The position numbers were made by a program, and so were the translations under genes. Source: an uncultured Solirubrobacterales bacterium (GTDB lineage Bacteria > Actinomycetota > Thermoleophilia > Solirubrobacterales > Solirubrobacteraceae). Taken from it: a stretch of DNA of 64,000 nt. Location: contig CAVZWJ010000015.1 of assembly GCA_963778985.1 (NCBI GenBank), positions 18,787 through 82,786 on the forward strand, written 5' to 3'. The number at the start of each line of letters is the position of its first letter. Within the stretch, counting starts at the first letter, position 1. This document shows positions 28,941-43,090 of the stretch, one piece after another. The notes beneath the pieces are model-generated. The model made no database searches. It had not been told where the DNA came from and worked only from the letters and a program-made list of their open reading frames with translations.

Positions 28941-29848
28941 GCGGCCCGGTCGTCGTCCTCGCCGGCGGAACGGGCGGTGCCAAGCTCGCCCGTGGCATGC
29001 TGGACGTCGTCGGATCGGACGACCTCATCGTGATCGCGAACACCGGCGACGATCTCGAGATCTACGGCGCGTACGTGTCTCCGGACCCGGACCTCGTCAC
29101 GTTCTGGCTCGCGGATCGCATCGACGACCGCGGCTGGGGCCTGCGCGACGACACGTTCGCAGTCATGGACGGCCTTCGGGAATTGGGCGTCGAGGTGTGG
29201 TTCAACCTCGGAGACCGGGACCTCGCCATCGGGCTCGAGCGGGCCCGTGCCCTGGACGCGGGCGTGCGCCTGACGGATGCGCATGCCGGTATCAGCCGTG
29301 CGCTCGGCGTCCCGGTGCGCGTGCTGCCGATGAGCGATCACCCCGTGCGCACGCAGGTCCTCGCCCACGACCGGTGGTGGCCTTTTCAGGAGTTCATGAT
29401 CAAGCGGCGCGCCGAGGGCCCGGTGGGCGGTGTCGAGTTCCGCGGCGGCCCAGCGGCCCCGGCGACGCCCGAGGTGCTCGATGCGCTCGCGAGCGCGCGG
29501 GCGACGATCATCGGGCCATCGAACCCCGTGATCTCAATCGGGCCGATCCTCGCAACGCCCGGGATCCGGGACGCGCTCGCCCGGAGAGCGGCTCCGGTGG
29601 TCGCGGTCAGCCCGCTCGTTCAGGGCGCGGTCGTCAAGGGCCCGACCGAGCCCTTCATGCAGTGGGCGGGGCATCCACTCTCGAGCGAGGGGATTGCGGC
29701 CGCGTACGCGGACGTGATCGACGGACTCGTCGCGGATGAGCGGACCTCCGCGGTGCCTGTGCTCGAGACCGACGTGCTCATGTCAACGCCGGAGGAGCGC
29801 CGCCGAGTCGCCGAGGAGACGCTCACCTTCGCACTCGGGCTTGCGTGA
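28937..29848 (+). CDS. cofD: 2-phospho-L-lactate/PEP transferase (F420 biosynthesis)
   Basis: GGTGGAK, NTGDD, SPDPD, WFNLGDRD, GPSNPVISIGPIL motifs. Confidence 0.92.
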   Translation: MSGPVVVLAGGTGGAKLARGMLDVVGSDDLIVIANTGDDLEIYGAYVSPDPDLVTFWLADRIDDRGWGLRDDTFAVMDGLRELGVEVWFNLGDRDLAIGLERARALDAGVRLTDAHAGISRALGVPVRVLPMSDHPVRTQVLAHDRWWPFQEFMIKRRAEGPVGGVEFRGGPAAPATPEVLDALASARATIIGPSNPVISIGPILATPGIRDALARRAAPVVAVSPLVQGAVVKGPTEPFMQWAGHPLSSEGIAAAYADVIDGLVADERTSAVPVLETDVLMSTPEERRRVAEETLTFALGLA

Positions 29849-29874
29849 TCCCCGCGCGGTAGCGTTCCAGCCCG

Positions 29875-30534
29875 ATGCGTACCCAGGCGATCCTCCCCAT
29901 CAAGAGCTTGCCGGAGGCCAAGCGGCGCCTCATGGAGGAGCTCTCCCCGGGGCCGCGGCGCGCGCTCGTCGAGGCGATGTTCTCCGACGTGCTCGTGGCG
30001 CTGCGTCGAGCGGGCCGGATCGATGACGTCGTCGTGGTCAGCAGCGACCGTGATGCGCAGGAGATCGCGGGCGGCTACGGCGCGGGTCTGCTCGACGACG
30101 ACCAACTCGGACACAGCGAGGCGGCCTCACTGGCGATCGCGACTGCCATCGAGAGCGGCGTCGACCGGGTCGTGCTCGTCCCCGGCGACTGTCCACTGCT
30201 CGATCCCGGCGAACTCGACGCGCTCCTTGCCCGCTCGACCGCGCCGCCGAGCGTGCTGATCGTGCCCGACCGCCATGGCACGGGCACCAATGCGCTGGTG
30301 CTCGAGCCTCCGAATTCGCTCACGCCGGCGTTCGGGCCCGGAAGCTGCGAGCGGCACGTCTCGAGTGCCCGACTCGCCGGAACCGCGCACGAGATCGTCG
30401 AGGTGGCCTCGCTCGGGCTCGACGTCGACACGCCCGAAGACCTCAGCGAGTTGATCGCCGTCCTCGAGCACACGCACGGCGGTGCCGCACATACCCGCGG
30501 CATGCTCAACCAGATGCTGCGCAGCCGCACGTGA
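29875..30534 (+). CDS. cofC: 2-phospho-L-lactate/PEP guanylyltransferase
   Basis: PIKSLPEAKRRL, PGDCP, GTGTNAL, FGPGS, DVDTPEDL motifs. Confidence 0.92.
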   Translation: MRTQAILPIKSLPEAKRRLMEELSPGPRRALVEAMFSDVLVALRRAGRIDDVVVVSSDRDAQEIAGGYGAGLLDDDQLGHSEAASLAIATAIESGVDRVVLVPGDCPLLDPGELDALLARSTAPPSVLIVPDRHGTGTNALVLEPPNSLTPAFGPGSCERHVSSARLAGTAHEIVEVASLGLDVDTPEDLSELIAVLEHTHGGAAHTRGMLNQMLRSRT

Positions 30535-31280
30535 GCGCGCTCACCGTCGCCGCGATCGACGGGTTCCCGGAGATCCGGCCCGGCGACGACGTCGCGGCGC
30601 TGATCGCGGCCCGGGCGGCACCCGGCGACGATGATGTCCTCGTCATCGCGCACAAGGTGATCTCCAAGGCCGAGGGCCGGATTCGCGTGCTCGGCGACGT
30701 CACGCCATCGCCGCAGGCGCGCTCGCTCGCGGCGGAGCTCGGCAAGGACGATCCCCGCCACGTGCAGGTCGTCCTCGACGAGACCCGGGAGCTTCTCCGC
30801 GCCAGCGGCGGTGTGCTCATCGGCGTCACCCACCACGGCTTCATCTGTGCCAACGCCGGTGTCGACCGCTCCAACGTGCCCGGTGAAGACGCCGTCGTCA
30901 TGCTCCCGGTCGATCCCGACGACTCGGCGCGGCGGCTGCGGGCACGGCTCGCGGAGCTCACCGGCGCGCGGCCGGGCGTCCTCATCACCGACTCGTTCGG
31001 ACGCCCGTGGCGCCATGGCCAGACCGACGTGGCGATCGGCTGTGCCGGCCTTCTGCCGCTCGAGGACTGGCGGGGTCGACACGACGCGACCGGCCGTGAG
31101 CTGAGCGCGACGTGGATCGCGATCGCCGACGAGCTCGCCGCCGCTGCGGACCTGGCTCGGTCAAAGGACGGCGGCGAGCCCGTCATCCTCGTCCATGGGG
31201 CCGGTCGCCACGTCACCGCGGTCGACGGCCCCGGTGCGCTCGCGTTGCTTCGGCCCGCCGAGCAGGACCTGTTCAGGTAG
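30531..31280 (+). CDS. cofE: Coenzyme F420-0:L-glutamate ligase
   Basis: HKVISKAEG, ANAGVDRSN, DSFGRPWR, ADELA motifs. Confidence 0.92.
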   Translation: MSALTVAAIDGFPEIRPGDDVAALIAARAAPGDDDVLVIAHKVISKAEGRIRVLGDVTPSPQARSLAAELGKDDPRHVQVVLDETRELLRASGGVLIGVTHHGFICANAGVDRSNVPGEDAVVMLPVDPDDSARRLRARLAELTGARPGVLITDSFGRPWRHGQTDVAIGCAGLLPLEDWRGRHDATGRELSATWIAIADELAAAADLARSKDGGEPVILVHGAGRHVTAVDGPGALALLRPAEQDLFR

Positions 31281-32208
31281 CGCTCTCGGTGTCGAGGAGC
31301 GCTGCGGCCGGGGCCCCGCTCCGGCGGCGGACTCGGCGTGTCGCGGTGAGCAGTCCGGCGAGGACGAGAGCGACCCCCACCAGCTGCAGCGGCGTCGGAC
31401 TCTCGGCGAAGATGAGCGCGCCGAGCACGACGGAGCCGACCGGCTGCACCGTCAGCAGGAGCGAGGTCAGGGCCGAGGGCAGCCGTGGCAGGGAGATCGT
31501 GATCAGCAGCCACCCGAGGACCTGTGACGTGAGCGCGAGCGTGGCCAGCCAACCGGCGCTCGGCCAGCTCGGCACGAGCTTCGCATCGCCGATGATCACG
31601 CCCGCGATCACGCAGGCGACCGCGGCTGTTGCGGTCGCATCGAACAGCGGTCCCGCCGGGCGTCGCAGATCAGTGCCACCGCGCCGCAGGAGCATGAGGA
31701 AGCCGACATAGGCGACGCCCGCACACAGACCGTAGACCGCGCCCCGGGCCGGGTCTCGACCGTAGGCGCCCTGCTCGAGCACGCCGGAGATGAACAGCAC
31801 GCCGACGAGCGCAATCGGGAGCGCGGCGAGCACCTGGCGGCCGGGCCGCTCGGACAGCACGAGCCACGCGATCAGCGGGACGAGCACGACCTGGATGTTC
31901 GCGAGCACGGTCGCGAGGCCGGCTCCGACGTCCCCGATCGAACGATGCCAGAGGATCAGGTCGGCGCTGAAGAACAAGCCCGCCGCCACCGCATAGCGAC
32001 GGTCGTGCCATGACCGCGGTCCGAGTCGCCGGTCCTCCCATAACGCCAGCAGCCCCAGCAGCGGGAGCGCGTAGGCGCACCGGAAGATCGCAGCGGTTGA
32101 CGGCGAGGCATGGCTGAGGCGCACGAGGATGCTCGAAAACGCGATCGTGATCGCACCAAGGACCGCGCAGATCCGCACGTTCGTCTCGTTCTCGAGCCGA
32201 CGCCACAT
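31273..32208 (-). CDS. DMT/EamA family transporter
   Basis: About ten TM helices in two repeats. Confidence 0.85.
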   Translation of the reverse strand: MWRRLENETNVRICAVLGAITIAFSSILVRLSHASPSTAAIFRCAYALPLLGLLALWEDRRLGPRSWHDRRYAVAAGLFFSADLILWHRSIGDVGAGLATVLANIQVVLVPLIAWLVLSERPGRQVLAALPIALVGVLFISGVLEQGAYGRDPARGAVYGLCAGVAYVGFLMLLRRGGTDLRRPAGPLFDATATAAVACVIAGVIIGDAKLVPSWPSAGWLATLALTSQVLGWLLITISLPRLPSALTSLLLTVQPVGSVVLGALIFAESPTPLQLVGVALVLAGLLTATRRVRRRSGAPAAALLDTESAT

Positions 32209-32304
32209 GGGATCTCAGGTTAGGGCGGTTCGGGCGAAGCCACATCTGCATTGCGGCTCGCTGCGGATGACACCGTGGGAGGGGTGCTCTACCTTTCCGT
32301 CGCA

Positions 32305-33757
32305 ATGCGCGGGGTACGGATGGCCCTGATCCTCGGATGCGCCGGCACGCTGGTGCTCGCGCTGCTGTGCGGGAGCACGGCGGCGGCATCCTCGCGGGCG
32401 GCGGCGGCATCCCCGAGCGCGGCGGCGGCATCCTCGAACGCGGCCCGCACGCCGACGCTGTCGGCTCGCCAGATGAGGGCGATCCGTGCCCTGATCCGCG
32501 CGCACAGCCACGGCATCCGTCGCCGCGGGTACCTCATTTCCCCCCGCGCCCACTCCACGATCGTCGGTGGCACTGACGCCGCCCAGGGCACGTGGGGCTT
32601 CATGGCCTTCGTCGCGCACTTCGACTCGAGCGACAATCCGGACTTCTACTGCAGCGGCACGCTCATCTCCCCCACCGTCGTACTCACAGCCGCGCACTGC
32701 GCGACCGACGAGGAGACCGGCAAGGCGCTCGATCCGAGCAACTTCCAGGTCGTGACCGGGACCGTCGATCTCTCGGACCCGTCCAGGCGCCGCGTCTCAG
32801 ACGTCGAGCACGTCGTCGTTCACCCGCAGTTTGACCCGAGCGTGTTCGCCGGCGACGCCGCAATGCTCGTCCTCGCGACGCCGTCGACGGCGCCGACGGT
32901 CCGCATCGCCAGAGCTGGCGAGACCGCCCCGTACACGGCCGGGACCGACGCGCTCATCGCCGGCTGGGGGATCCCGTACGCCGGCGGCGACGCCTCATCC
33001 CTGCTCCAGGCGGCGCCGACGAACGTCCAGGGATCGAGCTACTGCGGACGGTTCAGCAGCTGGTACCGCGAGGACTGGGAAACGTGCGCCGTGCAGTCGC
33101 CGGGATACTCGACGGGCACGTGCAGCGGGGACAGCGGGGGACCCCTGCTGGCCCATGGCGCCGACGGCGGCGCCGTCGAGATCGGCGTGACCAGCGTGGG
33201 TCCGGACAACTGCAACACGAACACCGCCGACTACTTCACCCGCACCGACGTGATCGCGAGCTGGGTGGCCCAGCTCACGGTCTCGGTCGGATCGACGTCC
33301 AGTTCGACGACGACGAGCAGCCGCAGCACCTCGACGAGCACCACAAGACGACACGACCGCGACAACGACCGCGACGACGACGACCACAACGACGACGACC
33401 ACGACCACCACCGCGACCGCGAAACCGCCCGTCGTGACCGTCAAGGTCACTCTGCCGACGCTAACGATGGCCGACGCACGCGCGTATGCCGAGACGATGG
33501 TGCGCGCCCGCACGCACAGCCGCCCGCGGCTCGCGCTCTCCTGCCGCCCGATCAACCAGTGGTCGGTCCACTGTGCGATCCGCTGGCAGTCCGCCGGTTC
33601 GTCGTATTCCCTCGGCGGCCGGTTCTACCATTACCTTCAGGGCACGCGGGCGTACTGGTGGTACGACTTCACCGGCACGCGCCGCTGGCAGACGTGCCGG
33701 GTCCGGCACCACCGCCGGGCCTGCACGGCGTATGTCCAGCGGTTCCGCTGGGCGTAG
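32305..33757 (+). CDS. Secreted trypsin-like (S1) serine protease with Thr-rich linker and C-terminal domain (apparent frameshift near 33345)
   Basis: IVGG, CSGTLI, LTAAHC, GDSGGP motifs; a poly-Thr linker leads in another frame into ORF 33434-33757. Confidence 0.85.
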
Positions 33758-33767
33758 ACGCGCGCGT

Positions 33768-35210
33768 CTAGAGCTGCATCGCCTTGACCGTCAGGAACTC
33801 CTCGAGTCCGTGGCGGCCGAGCTCGCGGCCGTGACCGGACTGCTTGTAGCCACCGAACGGGGCGAGCGGGTTGAACACGCCGCCGTTGATCTCGACCTGG
33901 CCGGTACGCAGACGGCGAGCGATCCGCTGGGCACGCCCCGCGTCGCCTGACCACACTCCTCCGGCGAGTCCGTACGACGTCGCGTTCGCGATCCGCACCG
34001 CGTCGTCCTCGTCGTCGTACGGCATGATCGCAAGCACGGGACCGAAGATCTCCTCGCGCGCGATCGTCATCTCCGGCGTGACCTCACTGAACACGGTCGG
34101 CTGCACGAAGTACCCCGAGTCCCGGCCGAGCGGTGGCTCGGCGCCACCGGTCACCAGCTTCGCCCCCTCCTCGATGCCCTTCGTGATGTAGGAGCGCACG
34201 CGCTCGCGCTGCGTGTCGGACACGATCGGGCCGAGTACCGATGCCTCCTCGAACGGACCGCCGACGGTGTATGCCGCGGCGGTCTGCCGGGCAATCTCCT
34301 CGACGATCGGTAGCTGCGCCCGCGGCACGAGCATCCTTGTCAGGGCGCTGCAGGTCTGCCCGGAGTTGAGGAAGCACTTCTGCACGCCGTCGACGACGGC
34401 CGTCGGCAGGTCGGCGTCATCGAGGATCACGTTCGGCGATTTGCCGCCGAGTTCGAGCGCGACCCGCTTGACGGTCGCCGCGGCGTTCGCGGAGACGCGA
34501 CGGCCGGAGGCCGTCGAGCCGGTGAACGAGATCATGTCGACGTCCGGATGGGCGCTCATCGCCTCGCCGACGACGTCGCCGTAACCGCACACGAGGTTGA
34601 ACACACCCGCCGGCAGGCCAACCGACGCAATCACCTCGGCGAGCACGAACGCGTTGAGCGGCGTCACCTCGCTCGGCTTGAGCACGACCGTGCACCCCGC
34701 CGACAGCGCGGGCGCAACCTTCGCGGCGATCTGGTGGAGCGGGTAGTTCCACGGCGTGATGGCGCCGATCACGCCGACGGGCTCGCGGACCACGAGTGAG
34801 TTGCCGATCTGCTCCTCCCACGCAAGCTCCGTGACGAGCTGGGGCTGCGTCAGGAAGCTCATCACCGGCAGCGACGCCTGGATCATCACCGACTGAGCCA
34901 GTGGCATCCCCATCTCGCGGCTGATCAGCTCGGCGATCTCCTGTTGCCGGGCGTACAGCGCGGAGCCGATCGCGGCGCACGCCTCGGCGCGGTCCTCGGG
35001 CGCGAGCTGGCTCCAACCGTCGAACGCGTCCCGGGCCGCCGCGACGGCGCGATCGACGTCCTCCGCCGTGCCCTCCGGCACCGAACCGATCACGCCTTCG
35101 GTGGTCGGGTCGAGCACCGTGATCCGGCCTGGGCCGGCGGGGGTCACCCACTCACCGCCGATGAACAGCTCGGTGCGGTCGATCGTTGCCGTGTCGGCTG
35201 TCGTTGCCAT
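33768..35210 (-). CDS. Aldehyde dehydrogenase
   Basis: [30 protein letters not shown] motifs. Confidence 0.95.
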   Translation of the reverse strand: MATTADTATIDRTELFIGGEWVTPAGPGRITVLDPTTEGVIGSVPEGTAEDVDRAVAAARDAFDGWSQLAPEDRAEACAAIGSALYARQQEIAELISREMGMPLAQSVMIQASLPVMSFLTQPQLVTELAWEEQIGNSLVVREPVGVIGAITPWNYPLHQIAAKVAPALSAGCTVVLKPSEVTPLNAFVLAEVIASVGLPAGVFNLVCGYGDVVGEAMSAHPDVDMISFTGSTASGRRVSANAAATVKRVALELGGKSPNVILDDADLPTAVVDGVQKCFLNSGQTCSALTRMLVPRAQLPIVEEIARQTAAAYTVGGPFEEASVLGPIVSDTQRERVRSYITKGIEEGAKLVTGGAEPPLGRDSGYFVQPTVFSEVTPEMTIAREEIFGPVLAIMPYDDEDDAVRIANATSYGLAGGVWSGDAGRAQRIARRLRTGQVEINGGVFNPLAPFGGYKQSGHGRELGRHGLEEFLTVKAMQL

Positions 35211-35215
35211 CGTGC

Positions 35216-37210
35216 TCAGGCCTCCTGGAGGGCGGGGGTCGCGGTCTCGCCGCCGGCGGCCGCAGCGAGGTGCTCTGCGGTGCGGTGGGCGAGGCCCATG
35301 ATCGTGATCATCGGGTTGGTGCCGCTGGCGGTCGGGAACGCCGACGCGTCACCGATCCACACGCCGGGCGTGGCGTGAAGCTCTCCCGTGGGGCCGGCGA
35401 CGCTCGTGCTCGGATCGGTGCCCATCCGGCACGTGCCCATCTGGTGGGCGGCGAACAGGCGCATCGCCCCCGCTCGCAGCGGTATCCGCCTCGAGCGCGT
35501 GATGAACGCGTCGAGGTCCTCGCCACGGTGCCACAGCGGCATCCCCTCGGCGAGCACCGAGATCTGATGGGCGCCAGCCGCCGCATGAACGCGGATCTGG
35601 GCCTCAAGCGCGGTGCGCGTCATCGCCTGATCGGCGGGATCGGCCAATGAGTAGTACGGCTGGGCCATGCCGGCGCCGTCGAGGACGATGCGCCCGTTGT
35701 CATTGCCCCGATCGCGGACCAGCCCAATCAGCGTCGACGCGTGGCGGAAGTCCTCGAACGATTGCTTGTGCTGGGCCGCGGTGCGCCACGGGATCGCTGA
35801 CGCGCCGAGCCCGGTCGTGTACTGAACCCCCTCGATCAGGAAGCCGTAGCCGTGGTCGGCGCCGGCGAACTCGTCGATCAAACCGACGTGCGGGGCGCCC
35901 CACCACGCCTGCATGTCCTCGCCGTAGGAGCCGAACACGGCGGTACACGGATGCAGGCGGAGATACCGTCCGACCGCCGGACCGCCGATGCCGGACCGCA
36001 GGAGCACGCCCGGGCTCTCGAGCGACCCGGCCGCAACGACGACATGCGGCGCCCGGACCGTGAGCTGAGCGCCCGTCGTGAGCGACCGGCCGTTGACGCC
36101 GGCCGCTCGCCCGCCATCGACGAGCACCCGCTCGACGAAGCAGCCCGTGACGATCTGCGCACCGGCGGCCACTGCATCCGGGAGGTAGGTCTTCAGCGTC
36201 GACTGCTTGGAGCCGGATTGATCGCCGAATCCCATGTAGCCCGCCGAAACCGGGTCGTACGTGTCCCGGTCGGCATTGCGGTTGGTGATCACGAACGACC
36301 AGCCGAGCGCCTCCGCCCCGCGCTTCATCACCTCGTGCGGTTTGTTCATGTCGCAGCATTCGTTGTTGACGCTGAGCCGCGTCCACACGGCGTCGAGATG
36401 ACGGTCGAAGGCCTCGGTGGCGATGTCGGCCAGCCCGTGCTCGCGCGCCCATTCCTCCCGGACCCACGGCTTCGTGCGGATGCTGTTCGTCCAGTTGACG
36501 ACCGTCCCGCCGCCGAGGCACGAGCCCGCCTGGATCGTGACGTTCGCGTCCGCGGTCGGCGTCGGGCCGCCGCGCCAGTACAGGTTCTGCCACGCCCACA
36601 GCTCGTACTGATTGAAGTCGGCCTCGTTGAAATAGCCGCCAGCCTCGACGATCACGACAGCGGCTCCGCGCGCCGCAAGCTCGGCCGCGATCACGGCCCC
36701 GCCGGCGCCGGAGCCGACGACGACGACGTCGGCCTCGAGCGCAAGATCATCGCTCCCCAGCCCGATCGGGCGCAGCGGCTTCTCGATCTGGGGCGGCACC
36801 GACACCGGCCCGGGATAGCCGAGCACGTCCCAGCCCGGGTTGCGCCCGGTGCTCGGATCTGGCACGCCGTAATGGAGCATGAGCGTCAGACCGGCGAGCG
36901 CGGCGATGCCCGCGGCGGCGTCGGGCGCGCCGAGCGACACGTTGCGCAGGAGCTGCTCGCGCGAGAGCTGGGAGGCCTTCGTCAGCCCCTGCTGACCGAG
37001 GGCGTCGAGCAGCCGGCACAAACCGTCACGCTGGTCGGGTCCGAGCATCGCGATCGTGTCGGCGACACCCTGCGGGACGCCGTACGACGATGCCGACCGC
37101 GCCCAGTGTCCATGCGGGTCGGGACGATGCTCGATCGACGGCACGATCGTGTCGCACAGCGCGCTCAGGACCTCCATGCGCTGTGCGTCCAGCGCGAATT
37201 GCTCACTCAT
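35216..37210 (-). CDS. GMC oxidoreductase, long-chain fatty alcohol oxidase-like
   Basis: [40 protein letters not shown] motifs. Confidence 0.88.
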   Translation of the reverse strand: MSEQFALDAQRMEVLSALCDTIVPSIEHRPDPHGHWARSASSYGVPQGVADTIAMLGPDQRDGLCRLLDALGQQGLTKASQLSREQLLRNVSLGAPDAAAGIAALAGLTLMLHYGVPDPSTGRNPGWDVLGYPGPVSVPPQIEKPLRPIGLGSDDLALEADVVVVGSGAGGAVIAAELAARGAAVVIVEAGGYFNEADFNQYELWAWQNLYWRGGPTPTADANVTIQAGSCLGGGTVVNWTNSIRTKPWVREEWAREHGLADIATEAFDRHLDAVWTRLSVNNECCDMNKPHEVMKRGAEALGWSFVITNRNADRDTYDPVSAGYMGFGDQSGSKQSTLKTYLPDAVAAGAQIVTGCFVERVLVDGGRAAGVNGRSLTTGAQLTVRAPHVVVAAGSLESPGVLLRSGIGGPAVGRYLRLHPCTAVFGSYGEDMQAWWGAPHVGLIDEFAGADHGYGFLIEGVQYTTGLGASAIPWRTAAQHKQSFEDFRHASTLIGLVRDRGNDNGRIVLDGAGMAQPYYSLADPADQAMTRTALEAQIRVHAAAGAHQISVLAEGMPLWHRGEDLDAFITRSRRIPLRAGAMRLFAAHQMGTCRMGTDPSTSVAGPTGELHATPGVWIGDASAFPTASGTNPMITIMGLAHRTAEHLAAAAGGETATPALQEA

Positions 37211-37446
37211 CTCTCGTCCTCCGGGGCGTGCGTCGACAGGGTTTGGCTGCGTGGCCAGTCGGGACGCTAGGGGGCGAGCGAGCGCCGGTCAACCCCGCCG
37301 TCGCGATTGCCGCGAGCCTAGGTCGTCCAGCTGCGACCGGCGGAAAGGCGGCTTTGAGGAGGTGCGATGGTGCGTCTTCCGGGAGCGGGGCTCTGAGCCC
37401 CCCCGAGGCAAACGACCGTACCGTTCGACGGCGGCGCCGATTTCGG

Positions 37447-37485
37447 GCGCTCTCGAACGCCGCCGACAACAGCGTTCGAGAGCGC
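37447..37485. terminator. 14-bp-arm inverted repeat downstream of the fab operon
   Basis: gcgctctcgaacgc (37447-37460) pairs with gcgttcgagagcgc (37472-37485); third arm copy at 37498. Confidence 0.5.
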
Positions 37486-37551
37486 TGCAAACGGGCTGCG
37501 CTCTCGAACGGTATTGCGGTCTCGAAGCCGCCGCGCGGAAGCCCTGCCCGC

Positions 37552-39854
<2,303 letters not shown>

Positions 39855-39858
<4 letters not shown>

Positions 39859-41078
39859 GCCGACGGCGGCCCTTCGATGACGAGCGCGACGTTGTGGCCG
39901 CCGAACGCGAACGAGTTCGACACCGCCACCGGCGGCCGCCCGTTGCCGAGCACGAGCGGACGTGCCTCGCCGGGCACGTAGTCGAGATCGAGTTCGGGAT
40001 CGGGGACCTCGTAGCCGAGCGTCGGCGGGATGACGCGCGTGATCAGCGTCTGGACGGTGGCCACGGCCTCGACCGCGCCGGCGGCACCGAGCAGATGACC
40101 GATCGCGGACTTCGTTGACGAGATCGGGACCCGCTTCGCCTGCTCCTCACCGAGCGCGCGTTTCAGCGCCGCGGTCTCGGCGGCATCGTTGAGCTGCGTC
40201 GAGGTCCCATGCGCGTTGACGTAGTCAAGCCCCTCCGGGGTGACATCCGCGTCGGTGAGCGCGAGCTCGATCGCGCGGGATGCGGGTCCGCCCGTCGGCT
40301 CCGGCGCCGTCAGATGGAACGCGTCCGAGGTGGAGCCGTAGCCGATGACCGACCCGAGGATCTCCGCGCCACGCGAGCGCGCGGCCGACTCTTCCTCGAG
40401 CACCAGGATTCCGGCGCCCTCACCCATCACGAAGCCGTCACGACGGAGATCGAACGGGCGTGAGACGCCGCTCTCGGAGAGGGCCTGCATCGCGTTGAAG
40501 CACGCAAACCCAAAGTCCGTGAGCGAGGCCTCGCTGCCGCCGACGACGGCGGCATCGGCATCGCCGTACTGGATCATCCGCAGGGCTGAACCGATCGCGT
40601 GGCCGCCGCTCGCGCACGCGGACACGATGCCGTACATCTGGCCGCGCAGCCCATGTTTCATCGACACGGCCGCGGCGGCGGCGTTCGGCATGTACGCCGG
40701 GATCCCAAGCGGGGAGACCATCCGCGCACCCCGGTCACGCATCACGTCGTGCTGGGTTTCGACGGTCTGGATCCCGCCGATTCCCGTCGCCACGACACAG
40801 CCGACGCGCGTCCGGTCATACGGGAGATCACCGGCCGCCGTGTCCCACCCGGCCTGCGCCAACGCCTCTGCCGCCGCGACGAGCGCAAACTGCGAGAAGC
40901 GGTCAAGCCGTCGCGCCTCCTTGATCGACAGGTGCTCCGCCGGCTCGTACGCGGTCACCGAGCCGGCGCCGTCAACGATGCCGCACGTGCCCGCGGCCCA
41001 GCGTTCATGCAGCGACCGGGCGCCGACGCCGAGCGGCGTCACCGCCCCAACGCCCGTGATGACGACCGTCCGTCTCAC
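39855..41078 (-). CDS. fabF: 3-oxoacyl-ACP synthase II
   Basis: SACASG, NAHGTST, KSAIGHLLGAAG, SNSFAFGGHN motifs. Confidence 0.93.
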
Positions 41079-41320
41079 GAAGCCTTCGAGGCGATCAGAT
41101 CGATCGCGTCGCCGACGGTCTTCAGTTCCTTCATGTCCTCGCCCTTGAGGACGACGCCGTACTCGTCTTCGACGATCTGGGCGAGCTCGACGAGATCGAG
41201 CGAGTCGATGTCGAGCGCCTCGAACGTGGCGTCCCGCGTGATCTGGCTTTGATCAGGTCCGAAGCTGGCGAGCGCCTCGACGACGCGGCTCTCGATCTGC
41301 TCGGGTGTGGTGGTGGACAT
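41075..41320 (-). CDS. acpP: Acyl carrier protein
   Basis: Acidic 81-aa protein with IDSLDLVE motif; GGAG RBS. Confidence 0.93.
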   Translation of the reverse strand: MSTTTPEQIESRVVEALASFGPDQSQITRDATFEALDIDSLDLVELAQIVEDEYGVVLKGEDMKELKTVGDAIDLIASKAS

Positions 41321-41349
41321 TGGTCAGTGCTCCATTCGTTGTTGGGAGT

Positions 41350-42099
41350 TCACGCGGCGAGCCCGCCATCGACGGACAGCACCGCGCCGGTCACATAACT
41401 TGCGGCCTCCGACACGAGAAAGCGTACGCACGCCGCAACCTCATCCGGCGTCCCGGCGCGCCGCGCCGGCACCGCGTCGAGCAGATCGGTCGCGATCCCG
41501 GCGGTCATGTCGGTGTCGATCCAGCCCGGCGCCACGGCATTGATCGTGATCCCGCGCCGCGCGACCTCGATCGCCGCGGTCCTCGTGAAGGCGATCAGGC
41601 CGCCCTTCGCTGCGGCGTAGTTCGCCTGCCCGGCGTTCGCCCGCAGACCAACGACGGAGGCGACGTTGACGACTCGTCCGCGCCGCGCTCGCAGCATGCC
41701 CTTCAGGGCCCGCCGGGTCATGCGGAAGGCGCCGTTGAGATCGGTCTCGATCACCGCGCTCCACTCTTCGTCGGTGAGGGAGGGCGACAGGTTGTCGCGG
41801 CTGATGCCGGCGTTGTTGACGAGCGCAAGGACGGGGACGCCGAACGCCGCCTCGACGGCGCCGAATACCGCGTCGGGAGCCGAGACGTCGGCAACGTCGC
41901 CCTCGACGACGACCGCCTTCCCGCCGGCGTCGGTGATCGCGGCCGCGACCGCCTCGGCGCCGGCCCGGTCGGAGCGGAAATTGACGCCGACCGGCCAACC
42001 GTCAGCGGCGAGCGCGCGCGCGGTCGCTGCGCCGATTCCCCGCGAGGCACCCGTGACGAGCGCACAGCCGGTGGGCTCCTCAGACGGCCTCTTAGACAC
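41350..42099 (-). CDS. fabG: 3-oxoacyl-ACP reductase
   Basis: TGASRGIG, NNAGISRD, GQANYAAAK, VAPGWIDTDMT motifs. Confidence 0.92.
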   Translation of the reverse strand: MSKRPSEEPTGCALVTGASRGIGAATARALAADGWPVGVNFRSDRAGAEAVAAAITDAGGKAVVVEGDVADVSAPDAVFGAVEAAFGVPVLALVNNAGISRDNLSPSLTDEEWSAVIETDLNGAFRMTRRALKGMLRARRGRVVNVASVVGLRANAGQANYAAAKGGLIAFTRTAAIEVARRGITINAVAPGWIDTDMTAGIATDLLDAVPARRAGTPDEVAACVRFLVSEAASYVTGAVLSVDGGLAA

Positions 42100-43090
42100 G
42101 CGTCCCCCACTCGATGACGCCTCCACCCCAGGTGAACCCCGCGCCGAAGGCGCTGAGGAGGACGCGGGCACCCGGGCGCAGGCGGCCGTCCCGCTGCGCC
42201 GAGGCGAGGGCGAGCGGGAGCGTCGCGGCGGAGGCATTGCCAAGCATGGCTATGCAGTCGACGACCCGACGCGGCTCTAGCCCGAGACGGTCGCCGAGCG
42301 CCCGGGTGATTCGCGCGTTGGCCTGGTGATAGACGAACAGATCGATGTCCTGCAGCGTAAGGCCCGCCTCGGCGACCGCGGCGTGCGTGACGTCGCCCAT
42401 GCGAGCGACGGCGTGGCGGAATACCTCGGTCCCGTCCATGCGAATCTGGCGCTCGTCGTGGTTGGCGTAGAGCAGCGACGCGGCCGACCCGTCGGCTCCG
42501 AGGACGACCGGCCCGATCGCGCCGCGATCCCCGCCGCCCTGGCCGAGCACCACTGCACCGGCCCCGTCGGCAAACAGCGGCGCCGTGCGCCGGTCCGTGT
42601 AATCGACGATCCGGGTGATGAAGTCAGCTCCGATGAGGAGCACGTACCCGGCTCGTCCACTCTCGATCTGTGCCGTCCCGACGGCCAGCCCGGAGAGAAA
42701 TGCCGTGCACGCCGCGCCGATGTCGAACGCTCCCGCCCGGTCGGCCCCGAGCGCGTGGGCAACGAGCGGGGCAGCATTCGGTGTCAACTCGTCCTGGCTC
42801 ATTGTCGCGACGATCACGAGATCGACATCCTCGCCTAGGATCCTCGCGTCCTGGAGCGCCCGCGCGCCGGCCCGCACCGCGTAGTCGGTCAGTCGTTCGC
42901 CGGGCCGCGCCCGGGGGCGCTCGTGGATGCCGGTACGCGAGATGATCCACTCCTCGCTGATGCCGAGCGACGCGGCGAGCTCGGCGCTCGTCAGCCGGTC
43001 TTCGGGCAACTCGGTTGCGACCGACATGATCGTCGCCGGCTGTGTGTACATCCGCGGGGTCGTCTCGGCGACAAGGGTCTGCTCAAGCAC
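42092..43090 (-). CDS. fabH: 3-oxoacyl-ACP synthase III
   Basis: AACTAF, HQANARI, GNASAA, FGAGFTWG motifs. Confidence 0.92.
   Translation of the reverse strand: MLEQTLVAETTPRMYTQPATIMSVATELPEDRLTSAELAASLGISEEWIISRTGIHERPRARPGERLTDYAVRAGARALQDARILGEDVDLVIVATMSQDELTPNAAPLVAHALGADRAGAFDIGAACTAFLSGLAVGTAQIESGRAGYVLLIGADFITRIVDYTDRRTAPLFADGAGAVVLGQGGGDRGAIGPVVLGADGSAASLLYANHDERQIRMDGTEVFRHAVARMGDVTHAAVAEAGLTLQDIDLFVYHQANARITRALGDRLGLEPRRVVDCIAMLGNASAATLPLALASAQRDGRLRPGARVLLSAFGAGFTWGGGVIEWGTRV

Noticed and set aside
33340..33425. Asp/His-rich metal-binding tract (DDDDHNDDDHDHH) in the protease
   Set aside because: It is an out-of-frame reading of a poly-Thr linker after an apparent frameshift.
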